Origin: Aliivibrio fischeri ES114
Lineage (GTDB): Bacteria; Pseudomonadota; Gammaproteobacteria; Enterobacterales; Vibrionaceae
Direction: 5' to 3' (one strand)
Length of the DNA stretch: 32,000 bases
NCBI RefSeq assembly: GCF_000011805.1
Contig: NC_006840.2
The notes below the pieces were generated by a model, which was not told where the DNA came from, did not search any database, and was given only the letters and a program-made list of their open reading frames with translations. Within the stretch, counting starts at the first letter, position 1; the number at the start of each line of letters is the position of its first letter. Shown in pieces: positions 20,037 through 28,709 of the stretch. Position numbers and translations under genes: made by a program.

Positions 20037-21380
20037 TTATATTTGATGTGGTAAAAATATTTCTAATCTTGAGCCGGTATCTTGTGTATGGAACCAGATT
20101 TGCCCGTTATAACTGGATATGATCTCTTCACATACCGCAAGTCCAATCCCCGTGCCAGGGTTCTTTTCATCTGCGCGAATTCCTCGTTGAAATACCGATT
20201 CAATTTTATCTTGAGGTAAAGGCTCGCCATCATTTTCAATATGAATATTGAAGCCTTCACTACGCTCTACAATAGATAAAATAATATAGTTATCAGCAAA
20301 GCGATAACTGTTCTCTAAGATATTTCCGAGAATTTCCATTAAGTCATTGTAATTAATAGGTAAGGTTTGCGCGTCATTATAGTTAGGAATGAATTCGATA
20401 TGACGCTCTTTATGAACCTTAGTAAACATTTTAGTGAGTTTATCTACAATAGGAGAGAGTAAAGTGTGATGCTTACTTATGCCCCTAGAGCCCATCAACG
20501 CACGTTTCAATTGGTGTTGTATCACAGAGTCCATATCATTGAGTTGTTCCATGATATCTGCAATAGGCGGTTCTTTTTGATATAACAATGCATCACAAGT
20601 CGCTATTCGAGTCTTAAGACTATGTGCTAAATCGTCCATTGCTTTTTTGTATTTACTTGATTGTTCATCTTGTTGTTCAAGTAATCGGTTAATTGTTTTG
20701 GCAATAGGCTCTAGCTCTTCAGGATAGCTATAAATAAGTTTCTCTTGCTCACTATCCTTTATACTCTTTAATTCAATATGAAGCTTATTTAAGGGGAAAA
20801 ATGAACGCTTGTATCCCCATAGCACCCCAAAAATGGCAATTAAAATAAGAGTTGTATAAGCAATAGCTAATTGGAGCTTTAGTGTGTGTAGGCGAGATAT
20901 TTTATCTTCCATACGACTGAGTAATATTACTCGCCTAGGCGGAAGGTCATTATTACTTTCAATACTCATTGAATGAGAGATAAAGGCTGCACCACTTGGT
21001 TTTTCAATGAGAATAGGTTTGTTTTCATCTTTAGGTAAATCAGTACAGATGTTCTCTACATGGGAAGGTGGACCTTTTTGCATGCTATCCCATAACAAAT
21101 TGTCATTATTGTCACAGATAACAATTGTTATATCATCAGACGATGAACTGTAATACTGAGATTTATTCCCTTCTTGTAATGGCATAATATAATTTGATGA
21201 TACCATTTCATTGAAAATAGATGGGAATTGATAAGTGATATCAAGGGTGTATTCAGTGATTAAGTCAGAGCGTGCTGTCTGATAGCGAAGGTAACCGTTT
21301 AGTATTAAAAAACCAATAACGACAGCTAAAAAACTGAATAATATGCGTCGTCGAAATTGGTTTTGAACTAAACGCTTCAT
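20037..21380 (-). CDS. PhoQ-like sensor histidine kinase with a periplasmic domain of about 135 aa (447 aa)
   Basis: TM1 (about aa 13-33) and TM2 (about aa 170-190). H-box MDDLAHSLKTRIA (compare E. coli PhoQ DLTHSLKTPLA), N-box MEILGNILENSYRFA, and IENDGEPLP and GTGIGLAVC. Confidence 0.88.
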   Translation of the reverse strand: MKRLVQNQFRRRILFSFLAVVIGFLILNGYLRYQTARSDLITEYTLDITYQFPSIFNEMVSSNYIMPLQEGNKSQYYSSSSDDITIVICDNNDNLLWDSMQKGPPSHVENICTDLPKDENKPILIEKPSGAAFISHSMSIESNNDLPPRRVILLSRMEDKISRLHTLKLQLAIAYTTLILIAIFGVLWGYKRSFFPLNKLHIELKSIKDSEQEKLIYSYPEELEPIAKTINRLLEQQDEQSSKYKKAMDDLAHSLKTRIATCDALLYQKEPPIADIMEQLNDMDSVIQHQLKRALMGSRGISKHHTLLSPIVDKLTKMFTKVHKERHIEFIPNYNDAQTLPINYNDLMEILGNILENSYRFADNYIILSIVERSEGFNIHIENDGEPLPQDKIESVFQRGIRADEKNPGTGIGLAVCEEIISSYNGQIWFHTQDTGSRLEIFLPHQI

Positions 21381-21382
21381 GA

Positions 21383-22063
21383 TTACTTCGCCTTTATTTG
21401 AAACTGATAGCCCTGACCTCGTACCGTTGTAATCAGTTCATTATGACCAACGGCTGCAAATTTCTTTCTTAAACGTGAAATGATAACTTCAATATTATTG
21501 AGTTGAACTTCAGAATCTTCTTGATATAAAGCATCAACAAATTGTTGCTTTGATATGATTTTTAAGCTGTTTTTTATTAAATAAGCAGCGATATCATATT
21601 CAAATGAAGTTAATTGTAGAAATTGACCGTCTACATGGATGGTTTTTGCTTTTATGTCTAATTCAATATTTTCAGCGGTTACTTTTGATTGTGTAAATCC
21701 GGCTGCTCGTCTTGCTAGAGCATAAAGCCTTGCTATTAATTCTTCAGATTGGAAAGGTTTTACTAGGTAGTCGTCAGCTCCAGCCTCAAGTCCTTCAACT
21801 TTATCTTGCCAGTTTCCACGAGCGGTAAGTATGAGAATAGGGCTATGAATTTCTTTGCGGCGAATTTGCTTGATGAGAGTGATACCGTCGAAATCAGGTA
21901 GACCTAAATCAACAATCATGACATCAATGTGTTCTTTTTTTTGTACGGTTTGTAAAAATGCAGAGGCTGTTTTATCAGAATAAACAACGTGTCCCTGATC
22001 TTTTAATTGACTAGACAGGTGGTGGTTTAAGATTTCATTATCTTCAACAAGAGCTATTTGCAT
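21383..22063 (-). CDS. OmpR/PhoB-family response regulator, PhoP-like
   Basis: Receiver domain VDLGLPDFDG...ILILTARGNWQDKVEGLEAGADDYLVKPF closely parallels E. coli PhoP (VDLGLPDEDG...[29 protein letters not shown]). The C-terminal winged-helix region ends TVRGQGYQF. Confidence 0.9.
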   Translation of the reverse strand: MQIALVEDNEILNHHLSSQLKDQGHVVYSDKTASAFLQTVQKKEHIDVMIVDLGLPDFDGITLIKQIRRKEIHSPILILTARGNWQDKVEGLEAGADDYLVKPFQSEELIARLYALARRAAGFTQSKVTAENIELDIKAKTIHVDGQFLQLTSFEYDIAAYLIKNSLKIISKQQFVDALYQEDSEVQLNNIEVIISRLRKKFAAVGHNELITTVRGQGYQFQIKAK

Positions 22064-22131
22064 AATATACCGATTGATTCCTTAGGTTTATATCGTCATT
22101 AATAACACTTATCATTTTGTTTTTAAATAAT

Positions 22132-22155
22132 AAAGCCCATGAATTGATGGGCTTT
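22132..22155 (-). terminator. Terminator after the plzC-like gene
   Basis: AAAGCCCAT (22132-22140) / ATGGGCTTT (22147-22155) with a 6-nt loop. A T-rich run follows on the minus strand. Confidence 0.55.
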
Positions 22156-22176
22156 ATTAAATTTAATTCACCTCAG

Positions 22177-24522
22177 TTACCCTAACTCAAGTCGAATTAA
22201 GACTTCATCCGTTATGTCTGCGATTTCACCACAACCTACAATGCTTGATAATTCATCTTCTAATGCTCTTGCGTAATGGATAGCGTATTGAGCTAGTTGA
22301 CTTAATTCCACTTCAGATGTGGTGGAAAGTGCATTTTTTACTGCTGTTGTGGTTACGCGTATTGCTAAGAATTCACCATGCTCTTTGGCTTTTTTAATGA
22401 AGGTTAAACGATCATTGTATGATGAAAACTCTTGTAGCATACGTGTGAATACTGATTTTATCTTTCCATCTTTAATAACAACAGCAATATAGATTTCATG
22501 GTGGTGAGATCGCTGATTAGCCGGTGTTTTCAATGGATTCACTAACAATTGTTGTACTCTTGATTTAAAAATAGGCTCTAAATTTAAATGTTGCTCATTA
22601 CCTAATTGTAGCCAGATTTTATTTAATCGATTTAAAGGAAAGTTAACCCCAATACAACGCGTTTTAATTTTATGGTTATCCTTTTCAATAAAGAAAGGCG
22701 TTGTTGTTAGTTTATTCAGTAATAATTGATGCATTATTTTCAGCATATCAATCGATGGAAGCTGTTCATAATCAACAGGAAGTCTTTCTATGTTGTGCTG
22801 TATTAATCGACTTAAGAAAGCCTTGCTTTTTTGAGTTTGTAAACTGTCTTCAATTTGTAGCTGAAGATTCAATCCATTTGAATTTACTTTTAGAACTCGA
22901 TAAGTAATACGGCTTAATGGGGTGTTTTTATCAAGGCTTTGCAGTTCATTAAACGTTATTTTTACGTCAGATTTTTTGGTTAGCAAAGCGGGTTTATCGA
23001 GTAATATCGATAAGCCATTGGTTGAAATATCTTGAGTTCTTCCTTTGATTTCACCAATTGTAGGGTGAGTCAGAGTAATTAAGGTTTCGTAATTAAATCT
23101 CGGTTCAGTTCTACGAGGCGTTGAATCGTAATATAACGCAGGATCTTGAGCCATTGGTGTCAAAGAATGGCGGTATGGATTTAATACCTTTGCTTCAAGG
23201 TTTGGTTTTTCTGTTAATAAGTAATCTTTCTGAGTATCAGGTAAACTGAGTTCAGTTAAGATCCCCATATGCGTTAAAGTAGCCAGAACTTTTTCCATTT
23301 CAGGAGCGACGGTTAATAAGCGTTCTTTGTCTCCTTTTTCTAATTCGAAAAGAGAAAGACGAATGACTTTCCAACTCTTTCTTTTAGCTCCCACATGCCA
23401 AAAGAGTTGGCGTTCTTGTTGCGTGGCTTCTGATGACATCATGGAGTAGAAGAGTTCTTTATCTTCATGATCGTGTTTAAAACTGTAAAAATGAGTACGA
23501 CTGGCTCTTAACCCTGGCTTGGTTAAAAACTGCATACGTTCTGATTTAAATAAATGATGGATTACAGGCTGATTTTTTTCATCGTGCCAGTGCTTCCAAA
23601 GTGATTCATTGTGATCAGTAATAACGGCATACTTCAAGGTATCCCCAGAAAAGAAAAGAGGGATATTAGTGGTATGTTTTAAAAAACAGTGCTCATAGCC
23701 TTGTGTACGAGCTCGAACTATTTGATCTTTTTGATCATGTACGGTTCGTCGTTTATTTTTATTTAGTTTTTCTTCAATGGCTTGAGCAATAACATCGTGG
23801 TTTGATTCCATTTTTAATCGTAACCATCGATAACTATCACTTTCTTCGCTGTCGTGAATACCAAGAATACGGTAAGGGAAGTCGCCATTAAGTTCTTTTA
23901 TGCCGGTGTCTTTTGCAAGGTTAGGGAAGCTAACTTGTATGATTTGTCCTAAACCATATTCAAAAGCAGTAGGCACTTTAATTCGAGCACCAGAAGAAGA
24001 AAGATCGCTGCTAGTACCATGGATTAAATTTCCATTAGGTAGCAGCACCGTAACTTGTGTTGACATGCGCAGACGGTTTTCACTACGGGTTAGGTAGTGC
24101 CCAAATCGAATTAATTTGGCTTTGAATAGATTGTTTTCGTCTTTATCATCAGTCGCTGCTAATTGTTCTTTATTTTTATGAAGAACACGAAAGTTATTAC
24201 GTGTATTGGTTAAGGCTTCCCATACACCAACAGTATAGCTACCGAAGCGCTCAATACTTTTGTGATAGGTATTAATTGCAACATCATCAAGCCAGTGAGT
24301 GTATCCATCCAGCTCATATTGGTGACACTGGCCTTTTACTCGACCTCGTAAATCAATATGTTTGGTGCAAGGTGCCATGATGCGTTTTAATTCAATTTTT
24401 ACAATTAAATGCACAGATGGATGTTCATGAGACATAACTTGTTCGCAAACCAGATTAAAATCAGGTTCACCAAATACGGGAATAAGTTGTTCTACGTAGC
24501 TTTGATATTCTTCTTGCTGCAT
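22177..24522 (-). CDS. plzC: Large PilZ-domain protein with two RxxxR...DxSxxG motif pairs (PlzC-like c-di-GMP receptor)
   Basis: Motif pair 1: R146-SEN-R150 and D173-LSSSG178 (nt 23989-24087). Motif pair 2: RR-TEP-R475 and D498-ISTNG503 (nt 23014-23115). It lies between serB and radA, as I recall for V. cholerae PlzC (VC2344). The symbol is assigned by synteny and motifs only. Confidence 0.7.
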   Translation of the reverse strand: MQQEEYQSYVEQLIPVFGEPDFNLVCEQVMSHEHPSVHLIVKIELKRIMAPCTKHIDLRGRVKGQCHQYELDGYTHWLDDVAINTYHKSIERFGSYTVGVWEALTNTRNNFRVLHKNKEQLAATDDKDENNLFKAKLIRFGHYLTRSENRLRMSTQVTVLLPNGNLIHGTSSDLSSSGARIKVPTAFEYGLGQIIQVSFPNLAKDTGIKELNGDFPYRILGIHDSEESDSYRWLRLKMESNHDVIAQAIEEKLNKNKRRTVHDQKDQIVRARTQGYEHCFLKHTTNIPLFFSGDTLKYAVITDHNESLWKHWHDEKNQPVIHHLFKSERMQFLTKPGLRASRTHFYSFKHDHEDKELFYSMMSSEATQQERQLFWHVGAKRKSWKVIRLSLFELEKGDKERLLTVAPEMEKVLATLTHMGILTELSLPDTQKDYLLTEKPNLEAKVLNPYRHSLTPMAQDPALYYDSTPRRTEPRFNYETLITLTHPTIGEIKGRTQDISTNGLSILLDKPALLTKKSDVKITFNELQSLDKNTPLSRITYRVLKVNSNGLNLQLQIEDSLQTQKSKAFLSRLIQHNIERLPVDYEQLPSIDMLKIMHQLLLNKLTTTPFFIEKDNHKIKTRCIGVNFPLNRLNKIWLQLGNEQHLNLEPIFKSRVQQLLVNPLKTPANQRSHHHEIYIAVVIKDGKIKSVFTRMLQEFSSYNDRLTFIKKAKEHGEFLAIRVTTTAVKNALSTTSEVELSQLAQYAIHYARALEDELSSIVGCGEIADITDEVLIRLELG

Positions 24523-24643
24523 GATTTCTGGTACAGTAATAACAATCTAGTGGGTTTATCGGCAGAATTGCTCGTTTATTTAACAATGATACGTTAAATA
24601 GTTATAACCCATCACTTTTATTTGATTTATATGTCGGTGATAT

Positions 24644-26026
24644 ATGGCAAAAGCAAAACGCGCCTACGTTTGTAATGATTGTGGGGCAGACTTCCCTCGT
24701 TGGCAAGGACAGTGTAATGCTTGTGGGGCATGGAACACGATTACAGAGGTTCGTTTGGCTGCTTCTCCACAAGTTGCTCGTAATGAACGTTTATCTGGTG
24801 GTTATGCGGGCTCCACTACAGATTCAGAAGTTCAAACTTTATCGAGTATTGATTTACAAGAAGTTCCTCGGTTCAGTAGTTCGTTTAAAGAGTTTGACCG
24901 AGTTCTCGGTGGTGGCATTGTTCCTGGTGCAGCAATTTTGATTGGTGGTAATCCGGGTGCTGGTAAATCTACTTTACTTTTGCAAACTATGTGTCGTTTG
25001 GCTGCAGAAATGCCAACATTGTATGTTACTGGTGAAGAATCGTTACAACAGGTAGCAATGCGAGCTTCTCGTCTTGGGTTGCCAAAAGATAATCTGAAAA
25101 TGTTATCTGAAACCAACATAGATAAGATTTGTCAGGTTGCTGAGAAAGAACAGCCAAAAATAATGGTTATTGACTCTATTCAAGTAATGCATGTTGCTGA
25201 TGTTCAATCATCTCCAGGCAGCGTCGCGCAGGTTCGTGAATCAGCAACTGCTTTAACTCGATATGCTAAGCAAAATAATGTGGCTATTTTCTTAGTTGGT
25301 CATGTAACCAAAGATGGTACTTTAGCAGGCCCTAAAGTGTTGGAGCATATTATTGACTGTTCTGTGTTACTTGACGGTAGTGCAGATAGTCGCTTTAGAA
25401 CGCTTCGTAGTCATAAAAACCGTTTTGGAGCTGTTAATGAGCTTGGGGTTTTTGCTATGACAGGCCAAGGCTTAAAAGAAGTAAATAACCCATCAGCAAT
25501 TTTCTTATCTCGTGGAGAAGAGGAAACATCTGGTAGTTCAGTGATGGTTGTGTGGGAAGGAACACGCCCGTTACTTGTAGAGATACAAGCCTTAGTGGAT
25601 TACTCTCAGCTTTCAAATCCTCGTAGAGTCTCTGTTGGCTTAGATCAAAACCGTTTATCTATGCTACTCGCGGTTCTACATAAGCATGGTGGTTTGCAAA
25701 TGGCTGACCAAGATGTGTTTGTTAACGTGGTTGGCGGCGTTAAGGTAGCTGAAACCAGTGCGGATTTGGCACTTATTATGGCGTTACTATCTAGTTTTAA
25801 AGACCGTCCATTAGCTAAGGATGTAGTGGTCTTTGGTGAAGTTGGTCTTGCTGGTGAGATTCGCCCAGTTCCAAGTGGGCAAGAGCGTTTAATGGAAGCA
25901 TATAAACATGGCTTCAAAAAAGCGATTGTACCTGCTGCAAACATGCCAAAAGGTGGCATTGAAGGAATGCAAATTCACGGCGTTAAGAAACTATCTGAAG
26001 CAATTGATGCTTTTGATGAACTTTAA
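24644..26026 (+). CDS. radA: DNA repair protein RadA/Sms
   Basis: MAKAKRAYVCNDCGADFPRWQGQCNACGAWNTI (C4 zinc finger), Walker A GGNPGAGKST, the HKNRFG motif and a Lon-like C-terminal domain. Its 460 aa are collinear with E. coli RadA. Confidence 0.97.
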   Translation: MAKAKRAYVCNDCGADFPRWQGQCNACGAWNTITEVRLAASPQVARNERLSGGYAGSTTDSEVQTLSSIDLQEVPRFSSSFKEFDRVLGGGIVPGAAILIGGNPGAGKSTLLLQTMCRLAAEMPTLYVTGEESLQQVAMRASRLGLPKDNLKMLSETNIDKICQVAEKEQPKIMVIDSIQVMHVADVQSSPGSVAQVRESATALTRYAKQNNVAIFLVGHVTKDGTLAGPKVLEHIIDCSVLLDGSADSRFRTLRSHKNRFGAVNELGVFAMTGQGLKEVNNPSAIFLSRGEEETSGSSVMVVWEGTRPLLVEIQALVDYSQLSNPRRVSVGLDQNRLSMLLAVLHKHGGLQMADQDVFVNVVGGVKVAETSADLALIMALLSSFKDRPLAKDVVVFGEVGLAGEIRPVPSGQERLMEAYKHGFKKAIVPAANMPKGGIEGMQIHGVKKLSEAIDAFDEL

Positions 26027-26175
26027 CTGAGGCTTTGAATTCGGATTTCTGCATTATTTTATTTGAAAATACAGAAATTCATCTATAATTTTCAGGGGCA
26101 GAGGCCACATTAGAACCATTTTGGTAGAAAATTCTATGCAAAAATAGAACAAAGCATATACCAATTGACAGTTTG

Positions 26176-26184
26176 TGTTATACT
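26176..26184 (+). promoter_or_regulatory. Candidate extended -10 promoter element upstream of fusA paralogue
   Basis: TGTTATACT (TGn + TATACT) at 26176-26184, about 40 bp before ATG 26222. No convincing -35 at 17-bp spacing. Confidence 0.35.
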
Positions 26185-26221
26185 CTGCGCGCATTTTATA
26201 TCCTATTAATAGAGTAAAACG

Positions 26222-28309
26222 ATGACTGATTTATCTAAATACAGAAACATTGGTATTTTCGCGCACGTTGATGCGGGTAAAACCACAACTACTGAACGTA
26301 TCCTTAAGCTTACTGGTAAAATCCATAAGATTGGTGACACTCACGATGGTTCAACTACTACTGACTTCATGGAGCAAGAAGCTGAACGTGGTATCACAAT
26401 CCAGTCAGCAGCAGTAAGCTGTTTCTGGAATGATCACCGTCTAAACGTTATCGATACTCCTGGACACGTTGACTTCACAGTTGAAGTGTACCGTTCTCTA
26501 AAAGTACTTGATGGTGGTATCGGTGTATTCTGTGGTTCTGGTGGTGTTGAACCTCAATCAGAAACTAACTGGCGTTACGCGAACGAATCAGAAGTATCTC
26601 GTCTAATCTTCGTTAACAAACTAGACCGTATGGGTGCTGATTTCTTCAGCGTTGTTGACCAAGTTAAGAAAGTACTAGGCGCAACTCCTCTAGTTATGAC
26701 TCTACCAATCGGCCGCGAAGAAGATTTCGTTGGTGTTGTAGATGTTTTAAACCGTCAAGCATTTGTATGGGATGACTCTGGTCTTCCTGAAAACTACGAA
26801 ATCCAAGATATCCCAGCTGATATGGTTGATGACGTAGAAGCTTACCGTGAAGAGCTTGTTGAAACAGCTGTAGAACAAGACGACGACCTAATGGAAGCAT
26901 ACATGGAAGGTCAAGAACCTTCTATCGAAGAGCTTAAGCGTTGTATCCGTAAAGGTACTCGTGACCTAGCGTTCTTCCCAACTTTCTGTGGTTCTGCGTA
27001 CAAAAACAAAGGTATCCAACTAATCCTAGATGCTGTTGTTGATTACCTACCAGCTCCAAACGAAGTTGAGCCTCAACCTCTAACTGATAAAGATACTGGT
27101 GAAGAGACTGGCGAAGTTGCTACAGTTTCTGCTGACGAACCATTCCGTGCTCTAGCATTTAAGATCATGGATGACCGTTTCGGTGCTCTAACTTTCGTAC
27201 GTATCTACTCTGGTAAACTGAATAAGGGCGATACAGTTCTTAACTCAGCAACTGGTAAAACTGAGCGTATCGGCCGTATGGTTGAGATGCAAGCTGATGA
27301 GCGTAACGAATTAACTTCAGCTCAAGCTGGTGACATCATCGCTATCGTTGGTATGAAAAACGTACAAACTGGTCACACTCTATGTGATGTTAAACACGAA
27401 TGTACTCTTGAACCAATGATCTTCCCTGTTCCAGTAATCTCTATCGCTGTTGCTCCAAAAGACAAAGGCGGTTCTGAGAAAATGGGTATCGCGATCGGTA
27501 AAATGGTTGCAGAAGATCCATCTTTCCAAGTTGAGACTGATGAAGAAACAGGTGAAACAATCCTTAAAGGTATGGGTGAACTTCACCTAGACATTAAGGT
27601 TGATATCCTTAAGCGTACTTACGGTGTAGACCTAGTTGTTGGTCAACCACAAGTTGCTTACCGTGAAACTATCACTCAAGCAATTGAAGATAGCTACACG
27701 CATAAGAAACAATCTGGTGGTTCTGGTCAATTTGGTAAGATCGATTACCGTATCAAACCAGGTGAAGCTGGTACAGGCTTTACGTTCTCATCAACAGTTG
27801 TTGGTGGTAACGTACCTAAAGAATTCTGGCCTGCAGTTGAGAAAGGTTTCGCATCTATGATGGAAACTGGTCCTCTAGCTGGCTTCCCAGTACTAGACGT
27901 TGAAGTTGAACTATTCGACGGTGGCTTCCACGCAGTGGATTCATCTGCAATCGCATTTGAAATCGCAGCTAAAGGCGCATTCCGTCAATCTATGCCTAAA
28001 GCAGGTGCTCAACTTCTAGAACCAATCATGAAAGTTGACGTATTCACTCCTGAAGATCACGTTGGTGATGTTATCGGTGACCTTAACCGTCGTCGTGGTA
28101 TGATCAAAGATCAACAAGCTGGTCTAACTGGCGTACGTATCAAGGGTGATGTACCTCTTTCTGAAATGTTCGGTTACATCGGTACTCTACGTACAATGAC
28201 TTCTGGTCGTGGTCAGTTCTCTATGGAGTTCTCTCACTACGCACCATGTCCAAACAGCGTTGCTGAAGAAGTAATCGCTAAAGCTAAAGAAGAGAAAGCG
28301 GCTAAGTAA
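26222..28309 (+). CDS. fusA: Elongation factor G, second (stand-alone) paralogue
   Basis: G1 [10 protein letters not shown]2 RGITI, G3 DTPGH and G4 NKLD, with full five-domain length (695 aa). It is not in a str operon (no rpsL, rpsG or tuf nearby) and lies next to radA, as I recall for V. cholerae fusA-2. Confidence 0.93.
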
Positions 28310-28336
28310 TTAGCACTTAAATCTTTATAGTTATTA

Positions 28337-28373
28337 AAAAGCCCCGTAAGTGCAAACTTACGGGGCTTTTTTT
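28337..28373. terminator. Strong bidirectional terminator between fusA paralogue and VF530-family gene
   Basis: AAAAGCCCCGTAAG (28337-28350) / CTTACGGGGCTTTT (28357-28370) with loop TGCAAA. It has an A-run on one side and a T-run on the other. Confidence 0.85.
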
Positions 28374-28374
28374 A

Positions 28375-28617
28375 TTATTGATTTCTTTCTTTATGGCGCT
28401 GTAGTTTCAGATAAATATTTTCAACACGTTCACGAGCCCAATCGGTTTTACGTAAAAATTTAAGGCTTGATTTAATGCTTGGGTCTTTCTTAAAACAGTT
28501 AATGTTTACCATATAACTTAGCTCTTCCCAGCCATAGTGTTCTACCAATTCAGTAAGTAACTTCTGTAATGTAATACCGTGTAGCGGGTTATTTTGTTGG
28601 GTCATAATTAATGCCAT
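28375..28617 (-). CDS. VF530-family (DUF2132) small helical protein, putative nucleic-acid binding
   Basis: [64 protein letters not shown] matches my recollection of the DUF2132/VF530 family, named after a V. fischeri structural-genomics target. The start could be 28617 or 28605. Confidence 0.7.
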
Positions 28618-28662
28618 TGAATAAGAATATAAAGTAAGTATATCACTATGAAGATAGTAACA

Positions 28663-28688
28663 ATAAAAAAGGGAGCGATAGCTCCCTT
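28663..28688 (-). terminator. Terminator after codA
   Basis: AAGGGAGC (28669-28676) / GCTCCCTT (28681-28688) with loop GATA. On the minus strand a T-run follows (complement of the A-run 28665-28670). Confidence 0.7.
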
Positions 28689-28709
28689 ATTACTTAAGAT
28701 GGTAATGAC

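Noticed and set aside
19068-21380. The two kinase ORFs as one frameshifted or split gene, or as a recent duplicate
   Set aside because: Each has its own pair of TM helices, H-box and complete ATP-binding domain. Identity is only moderate (49 of 87 in the best-conserved segment), so they are distinct paralogous genes.
26045-26078. Inverted repeat ATTTCTG...CAGAAAT after radA as a terminator
   Set aside because: The stem is a 7-bp AT-rich pairing with a 20-nt loop and no following T-tract, so it is weak. I could not support it as a terminator.
16928-27860. Same-strand out-of-frame ORFs (16928-17119, 17113-17325, 17650-17934, 24409-24597, 24675-24941, 27636-27860)
   Set aside because: They overlap tadG, radA or fusA in alternative frames, or cover the plzC/radA spacer (the 5' third of 24409-24597 runs antisense to the plzC start). 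None has supporting motifs or start-site signals.
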